DNA of 64,000 bases from contig NC_043001.1 of assembly GCF_006345805.1 (NCBI RefSeq), positions 40,114,001-40,178,000 on the forward strand, given 5' to 3'. Shown here piece after piece: positions 11,826-23,256 of the stretch. Under the pieces are notes generated by a model, which saw only the letters and a program-made list of their open reading frames with translations, was not told where the DNA came from and searched no databases. Within the stretch, counting starts at the first letter, position 1; each line of letters starts with the position of its first letter. The DNA comes from Octopus sinensis. Its lineage: Eukaryota. The position numbers were made by a program, and so were the translations under genes.

Positions 11826-13011
11826 TGTCTAAAATACTTCAAGATGGTGCCCCAGCATGGCCACTGTCCAATGATTGAAATGAGTTAAAGGTAAAAGACA
11901 TAAGAAATAATGTTTCCTTCTACTGGTCTATTAAGCTACATTTTACTCAGCTTATTATTTATATGCTTCCTCCATTTTCTTCTGATTGTTGATCAAGTAT
12001 ACTAGGTTCCTGTCTATTTGTGATCATATAATCCATTTTGAAATCAACTACTTGAAAAGCCAGTTTGTAAATTGATGACATATATGATTACTCAAAATAG
12101 GTTTTTCTCCATGCTTACAGCCAATTCTCTTTCAACAAACTTCCTATCCTTAAAATCAACTACATCCTTATGAGTTCTCATGTTATTACTGTTTTTCTTT
12201 CTTAAATACATAGTAGGATATAACTTCATCATCACTATTAACCTCATCTATTGACAAGCACTTGCACTTACATCACACATGATAGCATACACATCACATA
12301 ACCCATTCCATTCACTATAAAGCAAAAACCATATGAAGACATGCATTCTTATAATATAATTAGTGTAGGTAATACTATATACACACACCGCACAATTTTA
12401 TTACCAAATGATTGTAAAAATTGTTACTGTTGTTTTTGTTCTTGTTCTTGCAGACAGATATGCAATAAACTGAACTGAATCAAATAGAATTTACAAAAAA
12501 AAATCAATACAATATGCGCATGAATATATAATATCGAAGTAACTTTTTACATGCTTATATATGTCACAAGCTGAAAATTAACATGTGATCTTCATTACAA
12601 CATAGTCTACTATATAACCACTAATAACATCCAAACAAGTTCTAATAAGTTGCCTCCCTTGCTTGCTCCATTAGTTCAAATATTATATCAGATATCCCAA
12701 ATGTGATGGCACACACAACGGACAGAAATAGTAATACAGACATTTCCTTAGATACAGAAACATTGCATTGCTGTAAATTTTGCTATATCATGACATTCCA
12801 TAATGTGACACCTATTTTCTGTTGACTTCAATGTCACAAAGAAGGCATTTTCAAGAACACAAGATTTCATTAACACAGTGGATGCCAGCATTCCATCCTG
12901 AAAATTCAGCCAACAATTTGAAAAGACAAACATGAAAATAATATTGCAGATGATGATGACTGCCTAATTAATATATAGTTTAGACATCGATATAAAAAAT
13001 AAAATTTATAC

Positions 13012-13194
13012 CTTCCATCCTTCATCTTTTCCAAACTCTTCTCGTTGAGTAAGACGTTCAAACTCTTTTTCATCCAAAAGATGGTTGTCATCAGTATCAG
13101 CTTCTTTGAAAACATGTTCCCTCATCCGATTAATTTCTTCTTTGGCTTCTTTCATATCATCCTCGGGATTATTTGGATCATACATCTTTTCAAT
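13012..13194 (-). CDS. NUCB2: Nucleobindin exon 9 (183 nt), acidic linker and EF-hand 2
   Basis: IEKMYDPNNPEDDMKEAKEEINRMREHVFKEADTDDNHLLDEKEFERLTQREEFGKDEGWK resembles NUCB LEKVYDPKNEEDDM...RMREHVMNEVDTNKDRLVTLEEF; gttag acceptor, AAG|GTATAA donor, phase 0/0. Confidence 0.96.
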
Positions 13195-15000
13195 CTAACA
13201 ATACAAAAAAAAATGGTCTGAGATGCAGTAAATAAGAATTATTCTAAAAAGAAAAATATGTTTGAATATAAAGCAACGCCGTTGCCAGCCTCGCCTGGCA
13301 CCTGTACCAGTGGCACATAAAAAGCATCCACTACACTCACGGAGTGGTTGACGTTAGGAAGGGCATCCAGCTGTAGAAACACTGCCAGATCAGACTGGAG
13401 CCTGGTGCAGCCTTCTGACTTCCCAGATCCCCGGTCGAACCATCCAACCCATGCTAGCATGGAGAACGGACGTTAAACGATGATGATGATGATGATAACC
13501 ATAGAAAATTCAATAGATGTATGGAAAACAGACATTAAATGAGGAGGAGGCAGAGAAGGATGATGATGATAAGCATTTTAGCCATAGATATTCTGATATA
13601 GAACTGTATATAGAAACTTGTTTAAAATGGTAATGTTGCACTGGTACACATGTCAGTCACAATCTGATCAGTAAGTTATCTTAAGTAACAATGTTTAACT
13701 TTAAAAAAAAAGTTCTCTTCCACCCTGCTTTTTATTTATTATTTATTTATTTTTTCAATGAAACCTCACTGAAATTTGGCAAAATAAAGAAAAATAGGAA
13801 ACCAATAATTCATACCAGTGATTTTGCCATTGGAAAGGTAGGTGGATAGAAGAAGCAGGAACAAATGTCATTTAATAATTCAAGGAAAGACAAAAGCCTT
13901 GATCTTATAGGGAACTGTTGAACTTGAAGTTAATACAGTTATAGCTAGCTCCAAGTTGTGTTTCATTAATATTTAGTTGTAAAAATATATATTACAGGTT
14001 TCGTAGAGTAGAATAGACAGTGTAATTGACCAAATTAATAGAGTGCCAGACAACCTACAAAGAGGTTGGTGGTTCATATCCTACCAACGGTACTGTATTG
14101 TTTGTGGCCAGGACACGCATATCTTTCAAAAGTGAATTCAAATTACATAATAAAACATTATAATAGAAATAAACAATTAATTATCAGTAATATGGATTAA
14201 AGAAAAATATATCAGAAAACTTTTATATATCTTAATTCTAAAAGACTCATAAAAATAACTTGCTGGAATGTAATGCCATTATCTTGTTACAAAGTGTTTA
14301 TAATATAATAATTATGAAAAAATCAGATGCCTATAAGAAAAAGATGTAAGCTTACATAACTATCAAAAAGCTGAACTTGTCAGGAACATAAAAATATACT
14401 GTTTACATACTGAATTCCCCAAATGCAAAATAGGCAGACAAATTTATGCTGTTTTGATTGTAAAATTAGTAATACTTTAACCTTACATCTTTCTCCCATT
14501 CTCTAGAAAGGGAAGTCATATATTCACCTCTATCATACTCTCATATATCTTAATACTATACCCCACTCAGTTGAGAGAAGAGATCTTGCTTCACAAGTAT
14601 TTTGTAAGCTCACCAGTGCCATGAAAAAAGCAGTCAGTACACTCTGTGAAGTCAATGGCGTCAGGACGAATTTCCAGCTGCAGATGCTATGCCATAGCAG
14701 CCTCCTGGTTCATCAGTTTATGTTGAACCGTCTAACCCATGCTAACATAATAAAAGAGGACTTTAAATGATGAAGACGATATTCTGAAACAAGTATTGAG
14801 AGAATCTCTGCATGGTTGGTTCCTCAATGTGCTACACATGGCAGTCATCTATCTCTCTCTCAAATAACACTCTACTGTTTTATAAGAAAAGAGTATTTTA
14901 GATATTGTATTCTGTAATGAATTGTCTAAAAAGACAAGATGATCATCGATAGTGTACCTTTAACCTCAGTTCTTGAAACAATCAAAAAACAATACATTAC

Positions 15001-15059
15001 CTCTCTTGTAAAAAGAGCTTCAACTTCACTTGGCTCCAGGACACCATCACCATTGACAT
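15001..15059 (-). CDS. NUCB2: Nucleobindin exon 8 (59 nt), EF-hand 1 loop
   Basis: DVNGDGVLEPSEVEALFTRE is a canonical 12-residue EF loop (D-x-N-x-D-G...E); ttttag acceptor, GAG|GTAATG donor, phase 1/0. Confidence 0.96.
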
Positions 15060-16195
15060 CTAAAATGAAAGAAAAATATTGAAGTAATTGTTGGTCTTCC
15101 TAAGTGAAAAATGAGCAAAATTATAAAATTTATATTTTATTTTCTTTATTTAAAAACGTAGCTAAAAGAACTAATTCAGATCAGAATTTTGTTTACTCAC
15201 TATCATCATTATACAATAATTATCATTCTAGACAGTGCAGAACAAAAATCTTGTTATGAAAACTTTACAAATGTTAACTTTACAAAAAGCTTAATGTCAA
15301 CTGCATTTCTTTATGCAGCTCTACAGTTGTTGATGTAAAGGGTACAAATAGCAAAATATATCAAGACTGCACTACCCTCATCATCTTGGCACCAAAGAGC
15401 CTTCAGAGAGTAAATGATTACAATGCTTTCAACAAGTGTGGATTATGTAATTCAAATTCCATTCCAAACTTTACACTGACTTTAAGCAAAATAATTAGTT
15501 TTTGCCTGTTCAGTTGATTTTCTAGAGATTTTGACTTCACTTAACATTTTCAGTATTAAATTTATCATGATTTACGATACAAATGGAAAACAGTCTGCTA
15601 GTAAATTGTTGCTAGAATGACTATGTTGTTAAGAAATTTATTTCCTAACCACAGTTTCAGATTCAAAAGCAGTGACTAAAGCATTGTGAGTGAAATTCAG
15701 TTGACAACATCTGTGTAAAAGTTTGTTGAGCCTAATTCAGAGTGAATAAAAATGTTACACCTAACATAAATGCTTTCATGTGAGTTAAGTCTCTTTATAT
15801 GATGATCAATTTGCTTCTCAAACTTTGAGATAAATGCCAAAGTTCATTTTTTTATCATTTGATCAGGTAAGAAATGGTAATGATTCTACTTTTATGAGGC
15901 CTCTAGAATTGGTGCAAAGAAGGGAGGAAATTGTCCTTACACTGGTCTGAATACTTGTAATAAAGTGAGCTCCACTAAAGGTGCCCAAAGACTAAGTGGT
16001 GTTGTTAAATGATTAAATCTATCACCCAAGATCTCAAAATGAAAAGAGCCAGAATTCTGTGAAACATTTTGCCCTACACTCTAGTAATTCAGCCAATCCA
16101 CTGCCTATGTTCATATAATTAACTTAAACTCTTGAAGGTGGGGCCCAATAATGTCCACTACCAAATGACAAGAACTATTGAAAACAAATACCAAC

Positions 16196-16286
16196 CATGT
16201 AGCTTGAAAAAGGTCTTGGGATTAAAGTTTTCACCATTTAGACGGTCAACTTCTTCCCAGACTTCCTCCAGCTGGGCTTTGCTACC
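16196..16286 (-). CDS. NUCB2: Nucleobindin exon 7 (91 nt)
   Basis: [30 protein letters not shown] matches [34 protein letters not shown]; ttttaaag acceptor, G|GTTGGT donor, phase 0/1. Confidence 0.97.
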
Positions 16287-16743
16287 CTTTAAAACAGAGA
16301 AAGCAATTAGTAAAATTTAAAATTTTATAATTATTGAAAAGAAAGTTTAGAAAGATCATATCAAAACAAAAATAATCAGTTTATAAATGTTGAAGTTATA
16401 CTCTGTAGATAACACAGGCAATAATTTTGCAATATTACATGAATAAATTTTGGCTTCTCCTCACCAGACAAATTTTTCATCTTTTACTACACTGCGTAAA
16501 TTAAAGTACTAATCTTTGTATGCTTTATCAAACATGTTAACTTTAAAGAATTATTCAACAGATGCATCCATAATCTAAGACAAAATAAAATGCAAGTTTC
16601 AAAGCTTCAAAATGAAAAGTAGTTAAAGAGGAGCTTAACAGAGAAATGAGCTTCAAAAGCTGTTTTTTGTTTGTTTTTTTTAACTTTTGTCTGTATGAGG
16701 TAATGCTGAAAAGTTATGGGATATGTAAAAGTATCACACAAAC

Positions 16744-16929
16744 CGGATGATGTATTTTGGGATGTTGCTTATGTTTTTCTTTCATTTCTTTTATATGTTG
16801 AACTTCAATGTTTCGTTGAGTTTCATTCAGATTAGCTAATTTTTGTTTTATTTCATGCTCCTTCTTCATCTCATATTGTTTAAAGTCTTCTTTCCTCTCT
16901 CGATCCAATTCATCCAAATCATGAGTAGC
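16744..16929 (-). CDS. NUCB2: Nucleobindin exon 6 (186 nt)
   Basis: ATHDLDELDRERKEDFKQYEMKKEHEIKQKLANLNETQRNIEVQHIKEMKEKHKQHPKIHHP resembles NUCB2 ATSDLEHYDKTRHEEFKKYEMMKEHE...HPKVNHP; taacag acceptor, CCG|GTTTGT donor, phase 0/0. Confidence 0.96.
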
Positions 16930-18077
16930 CTGTTAAAATATATATTGATACAGTGAAAATGATTTATTATCCCAGATTTACAAATGAATGTAAAAAGTTT
17001 AAGACGGGCTTTAAAATAAATTATTTTAGCAATTATCATTCTCAAACTATTCTTATTATTCTTATTCATTTATTGTAAATTCAGGTTGACTTGAAATACA
17101 CAATATTAATCAAATTTATGCTCCTTTTCTAACAGCTACTCTTAACTATAATTACTTTACCATACATGAGTATTTATAGCTGACAGTGTTCTATATCATT
17201 ATTTCTTAGTATTAGAGTACTTGTATTCAACATTTTATGTCTTTGTTATTACTTATTTACTTCAGTTACATTTTGATATTTCTGAGAAAGAGTATTGTCA
17301 TACAAATAATTACTAAGCAATTATTAGTTATGCATTAAAGAAGGTTATGATCTTGAAACCTGCTCAGTTGCCAATTTAAAACAGGTCACAGCCAGACTAC
17401 AGTTCACATATGCACGATATTAAATTAAGCTCATTGATTTTTCAATTAATTAAGATTTAATGTAAATGATATTAGACATTATAAGAACCAATTTGAGACA
17501 GAAAAGTGCAACAAGAACGTCAGTGAGTCTGATGATAAGTTACCAAAAATCTTTTCTAAAAATTTGTCTCAGATTCCACAAGTTCATTGCACTTTCTAAA
17601 TGTGAAATGGTCAGGAGAATAAAGGATCAAAACAGTGTCCATAGGTCAGGGAATTTTAACCTTTGAAAGTATCCAATTGTCTTGCAAGCAGGAACATTTA
17701 CTTCTCATTACTTTAGACATTTGTACATGACTGCATATGCTTTATATGCACTTTTGACAAGTTGTAGTGCACCTGAGCACTGTATACAATAATTTCATTA
17801 TTATTATTTTACATATATATAGAATAGTTAACAGATCTTATGAAGAAAGATCAATTTCTCATTCATTTTGGCCAATTAAATCCAAAGATAAGCATTGCTC
17901 TCATAAATCTGTGACTTAGAAATATTACCCATACTATTTATTTTCTATTTACTTTTTGGTAATCGTCATGGAATTTCAGAAAAATAATCCTCTTGGAGGA
18001 GTAATTCTATAGTAAAAGATGACATGCTCCTGACTATTCTTACACAAATGAAGAATTTGAACATTTTCAAGGCTTAC

Positions 18078-18172
18078 CTGTTTGATGAGTTTTGCCAAGT
18101 CTTCTTTTTCAAATGAATGTGGATTATCCAAATTGACATGATGCAAAGCCACTTTTCTACCATTTCTTTCTT
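18078..18172 (-). CDS. NUCB2: Nucleobindin exon 5 (95 nt)
   Basis: (E)ERNGRKVALHHVNLDNPHSFEKEDLAKLIKQ matches the NUCB HLNxxNPxxFExxDLxxLIK motif; aacag acceptor, CAG|GTAAGC donor, phase 1/0. Below the ORF-track length cutoff. Confidence 0.94.
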
Positions 18173-18627
18173 CTGTTGAAAATAAATTTCAAAGAAAGAA
18201 ATTTACAAGTTTATAAATGTTTCTTTCAAATTTAATTTACAGTTACATATATGCATACTACTACCAAATATACATAATAATGATGTTTTACATTGTTAAA
18301 ATTTTGAAATGGAGTTGTCATGTAAATATCCATCTCTTACATTGGTACCAGGTCAACTGAATTGACTCTTGAGCATGATGGGTGAATATTTATTGGAACT
18401 GGTAGAAGTTAAATCAAGCTGGATTTGAACTCAGAACAAAACAAAATATTGCTATTTTGTTTCATCACTACCGTTTTCACAACTACAAGCATTGCAAAGA
18501 TTTTTTCCTCCTTGGTGCAACTGATTGCTAACTACTCCTGTGCATCTACCACAAAATCTTTATCTACTATTAGCCTGCCTTTGATTTTGCTATGCCTAAC
18601 CCAGAGATTATATTGATTATAAGTGTA

Positions 18628-19271
18628 AAAACTAACACTTCCTTTTACTGAGCTGAGATTCAAAACGGAATCTAAGGATTCTCACTTGTCTGATCCATCA
18701 CTGACCAAACAGGTGCAAAAGAAATTTCTTTGTCCTGGCAAAAAATGATGGATGGTTTCCCTTCAACCTCAGCTGTGTCATTTAAGGTTCAAGTGGACAG
18801 GAGTCGACCTACATAGGTAGGAATTTCTCCTGTGGTATGTCTATCCTTCTAGCTGTCACGACCATTACAAGGGACAGCAGAGAGAGATAGCCAGAGATGA
18901 GACGGCCAGCAAGTAACTTCACCAGTTAAACAGGCAACAGAGAACCAGATATTCAGCATGAACAACCCAACAAAATAGCAGACGCAGAACATAAACAGAC
19001 ACCACTGAATGACCAATGCACACACAGACACAGAACATGTCTGGTTCTACATCATCATATTGGCACAGTATTTACCCTGTTAATTTCTTCTTGGCCAGCT
19101 CAAAGTAAGTTGGTAATGTCATGCAGTAAAATTTTCGGTGTATACAAATAAACTAACACTTCCTTTTTCCGAGCTGAGATTTGAAGCCGAATCTAAGGAT
19201 TCTCACTTGTCTGATCCACCATTGACCAAACAGGCATGAAAGAAATTTCTTTGTCCTGTCAAAAAATGATG
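18628..19271 (+). repeat. Pair of about 122-bp direct repeats (18628-18750, 19150-19271) around a 400-bp unique insert
   Basis: Shared aaactaacacttcctttt...gaatctaaggattctcacttgtctgatcca...gaaatttctttgtcctg-caaaaaatgatg. Confidence 0.88.
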
Positions 19272-21694
19272 ACCGTCATTTAAATAAATTATTTAACCTA
19301 CAATCTGATGCTTTCCCATTGTTTTACTATGATGTCATCCACATGCCTATTTCATCTGTTACCTCAACATCTTTTGCTACACCTTTCCCACTACATAAGT
19401 GTGTGTACTAAGCACCCTCAATTCCTGATGGAGTGACAGGTGTGTCAACATTACATAAGACATGCCTTACACACTTTTTTGGATGCAGCAGAGCCCATCC
19501 CTCTCAAGGTCTGCACACAGACAATTTTTTAGTGAAGGGGAAGAGAGGGGGGGGTTAAAAAGCAAAGAAAAGAGAAACTAACTACAGTACTCAACTGGTA
19601 TTTTATTTATCTGCTACAAAAGGATGAAAAGTAGTATCTAAATTCAGACCAGAGAGAGCCAAAATAAATAATGAAAGGCATTCAATGACTCAATCAATTT
19701 GCCACCAAGTATGACTGAATTGAAGAAGCATAATTCATAACCAAGTGGTTTCAAATTCAGTTCCACTGTGTGGTACCTGGAGTCTTCAACTACATTCTCA
19801 TGTCAATCAATGCCTTGAGAGGGAATTTAGCTTGCAGAAACTACACAAGAGAGAATAAACAGAGAATAACACAAAGAATAAACAAAGGAAGGCAAAAAGA
19901 ACAAACACAAAGACAAGGATGGCTGTTTTAGGCATCTAAAAGGTTGTTGGAAACAATTAATGTATCCTATTTCATTATCAATAAGTACCTCTTCATAAGC
20001 TCTCTACTCATACACAGTTATCCTATAATTCAATAATAAATACAACTACGTATCAGATAACTATTCTATTGTGAACTGAACAAGACCACAAGTAGTTGTA
20101 TATTAGACTTTCACTTCCTGAATGAAATCCGATCAAAGTAGATATATCTTACAAAATACACAGCTTGAAGACAAAGTTTTCAGTGGTGCTTTTATGACCA
20201 AATGAATTAGAGAACACAGCATCACTCACAGAACAAACATTTTATTTAACACCTTGGTCCACAACAGAACAGCGGTAAACTAAGATTACTAAGTCAACTA
20301 ATTTGAATCTAGAATTAACTGAACCAGAGACAACAGTGTACTAATGGTTAACAAAACATGAAGGTAATATTCTTTGCCAATACATCATCACTGTCGTCAT
20401 TATTTTCCAACATAGCAATTATATAAATGCAAATTAAAATATAAAATGTTCTGGTCAGGATTTATATATTACACTAACAAACACCTTTAAAGTAACCAAA
20501 AAATATAACAGAGTTTCAGATTTACTAAAAAAGTTTCAATTTTTTAAACAAATATAGCCTTTCAATTTTCTCTCACAAATTAGTAAATCTCACCTTTTAA
20601 CTAGAATGCAGAAAGTCACAATTTCTTATACAAATATAAAAATAGTGTTAACAGATAAAAAAAAAAAGTATAAATTGGTTTCAACTAGAAATCAGAACAA
20701 GATTAAGGAATCTGTTCATCAAAATCTTACTAACATACAGCATTCGGATTCTTATGTAAGTAAGAATCTGAATGTAAGTAATGGTTCCAACACAGTGAAA
20801 AGAAATAAGATTGCTTGATGTCCATGCCATTTTCAAGGTCAGCTTAAAATGGCCACAAAAAGAAAAGTTGTGAATTCTGTTCACTGGGAGTTTATCAGTA
20901 TTCAATAGTAATCTGTTATTTTAACCATTAAGTTGTTTAGCAGACACAAGACCTCAATGTACAGTAGATCAACAATGAGACTGTCTAACATACGTCTTTC
21001 CTTAAGGCATTAGGAATTTAAGTAAAATATTCATTTGCTATAAATATTAACAGTAATCTAAATTTTAAGTATATAATGTAAACAACAATAATTTTATTGC
21101 TAACTCTGAATAATTCTGTGAATTATAATTTTTAAAATCTCAAAGCCAGAATCTGATATTTGTTCATGAAAGTTCACTCATATTGTTAAATATTTTGCAC
21201 ACATATACACATGTGCATGTGTACACACATACACACACACACACACACACAAATGTTTCATCTACCATTGTTCACTAAGTAATTTTCTGATCATATTTTG
21301 CAGGAACAGACCAACATTTCTTTACATATTAAGCAGATGGCAAACCTTCAACATATGGTTTATTCTGTGGCAACATGCCAAGATTTTGTTTCATTTTAAT
21401 GTTTTTTCTAGCTGAAACAGATTTTCACCAACAAGAACAAAACAATACACCAGAAGGTACCTACATAGGAGCCTGAACAGGACAGTTCAACTTGCTAGAA
21501 ATAGCAACCGAACATGCAAATCACTTATCTTGAAAACAGAGAAGGACAATGTAATATAGACAAAAAGACAAGATACTCATAGATGGAATGCCTTTGATTA
21601 TAGATAGGTCTGTTTGATCAGGGCAGTCTTTGAGCTAAATAACAACAAAAGCATAGAAATTGAACAGTAGTTGCAATAACAATATTTTCATATT

Positions 21695-22200
21695 CTTATA
21701 CCATACTAAATTGTATATGCTACTATGCCATACTAAATATGTCACCATACAATACTAATTATATATGCTAGCATACCATACTAAATGTATCACTATACAA
21801 TACTAATTATATATGCTAGCATACCATACTAAATGTGTCACTATACAATACTAATTATATATGCTAGCATACCATACTAAATGTAAATACTGTTGTACCA
21901 TACAAAATGTATATGCAGCTATACAAAATCTATACGCTGATATGCCACACTAAATCTATATGCCGATATGCCACACTAAATCTATACGCCGATATGCCAC
22001 ACTATATTTATATGCCGATATGCCACACTATATTTATATGCCAATATGCCACACTAAATGTATATGCCAATATGCCATACTAAATGTATACGCCAATATG
22101 CCATACTAAATGTATATGCTGGTATACCATACTAATGTATATGCTGATATACTATATTAATGCATATGCTGCCATGCTATTCTAAATGTATCTCCTGTTA
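21695..22200. repeat. Minisatellite: 48-bp dimeric units on the left, 26-bp units on the right
   Basis: gctagc recurs at 21767, 21815, 21863 (48-bp period); gatatgcc recurs at 21939, 21965, 21991, 22017 (26-bp period); shared core cca(t/c)actaaat(g/c)tat. Confidence 0.92.
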
Positions 22201-22668
22201 TATTAATTTATTGGAAATATTTTTAAATCAAAAAGTATATTGACTAAATTCTACTTACTATGAGCACTGATGTTTATGAAAACTAGGTCTTTGCCAGATT
22301 TTTTGCAACAATATTCCCTTATTGCAAGTTTGAGATGCTGAAACAGTCATGTGACTTCATGAGCTTAACTTGACACTTTAGTCAGGCTATAACACAAAAT
22401 CCTTTAAATTTCAGTCACCACTATATAAGAACTACTGCTTTCTTTAAAAATATTGATTTCTGATACAAATTTCTTACATAGATACAAGGCCTCATTCCTA
22501 CAGAATGGAAAATGATACTTGTATGATGCTCATCTTTCCCTTGACATTCATTTATTACACCTTAAATGAAATCCTTATAACTAGGAACTAGATTCAGCAA
22601 GCCAAAAACTTATGCTCAGGATATGACTCCCTACTCTCCTTAGAAACATCAAAAGTTAATTCATTTAC

Positions 22669-22795
22669 CAGATTTATATTTAAACTGCTCTTGGACAAGA
22701 GATTTCAGACGGATTACTTCTCTTCGCTTAATCTCATCCAATTTTTTCCGAATGCCAAGATGCACCAAGTCTAAGTCTTTTGATATTGCACCACT
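22669..22795 (-). CDS. NUCB2: Nucleobindin exon 4 (127 nt), contains the nesfatin-1 KR processing site
   Basis: SGAISKDLDLVHLGIRKKLDEIKRREVIRLKSLVQEQFKYKS resembles NUCB2 [31 protein letters not shown]; tacag acceptor, G|GTAAAT donor, phase 0/1. Confidence 0.96.
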
Positions 22796-23210
22796 CTGTA
22801 ATAAAAAAAAATACAAGTTAAATTCAGAAACAATATATATATTTTCCATTTTTTATAAAGCAGAGATTATCACAGAAATAAGTTTGTAGATACACTTGGT
22901 ATATGCTAATATATTTCAACTGGTTAGGTCTAATGCCTCTAATTTCCATTACTTAATTGTCCTACAGAACAATGGGATAGTGAACATAAATGTTAATTAA
23001 GAATCAAGTGTACATAATGAGTTACTTGATTGTGAATTTAGTCCCTGCATCAATCAATATATTCTCTGCTTCAAGCAGAAGCAAGTGACATTACAAATTA
23101 AGAGAATAAGAGAATATCTCTGGAATAGACACTGGAATGGGAACACTCAGTACCCATAGATTTAATAGAGGGTTTTGTTTGAAATTCCAAAAAGCTTACC
23201 AAATAGGACA

Positions 23211-23256
23211 GGCACCTGAAGAAGGCCAGAGAGTACAATAGTTGAAACTTTGTGAC
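23211..23256 (+). ncRNA. Degenerate type I hammerhead ribozyme motif (Penelope-like-element type)
   Basis: ggcac-CTGAAGA-aggcc...agtt-GAAAC-ttt-gtgac: core boxes intact, stem I 4/5 pairs, stem II reduced to wobble pairs, cleavage triplet TTT rather than GTH. Confidence 0.5.

Noticed and set aside
15177-15210. C box (ATGATGA) and D box (CTGA) on the minus strand upstream of exon 8
   Set aside because: Boxes are only about 32 nt apart, too short for a C/D snoRNA, and no terminal stem.
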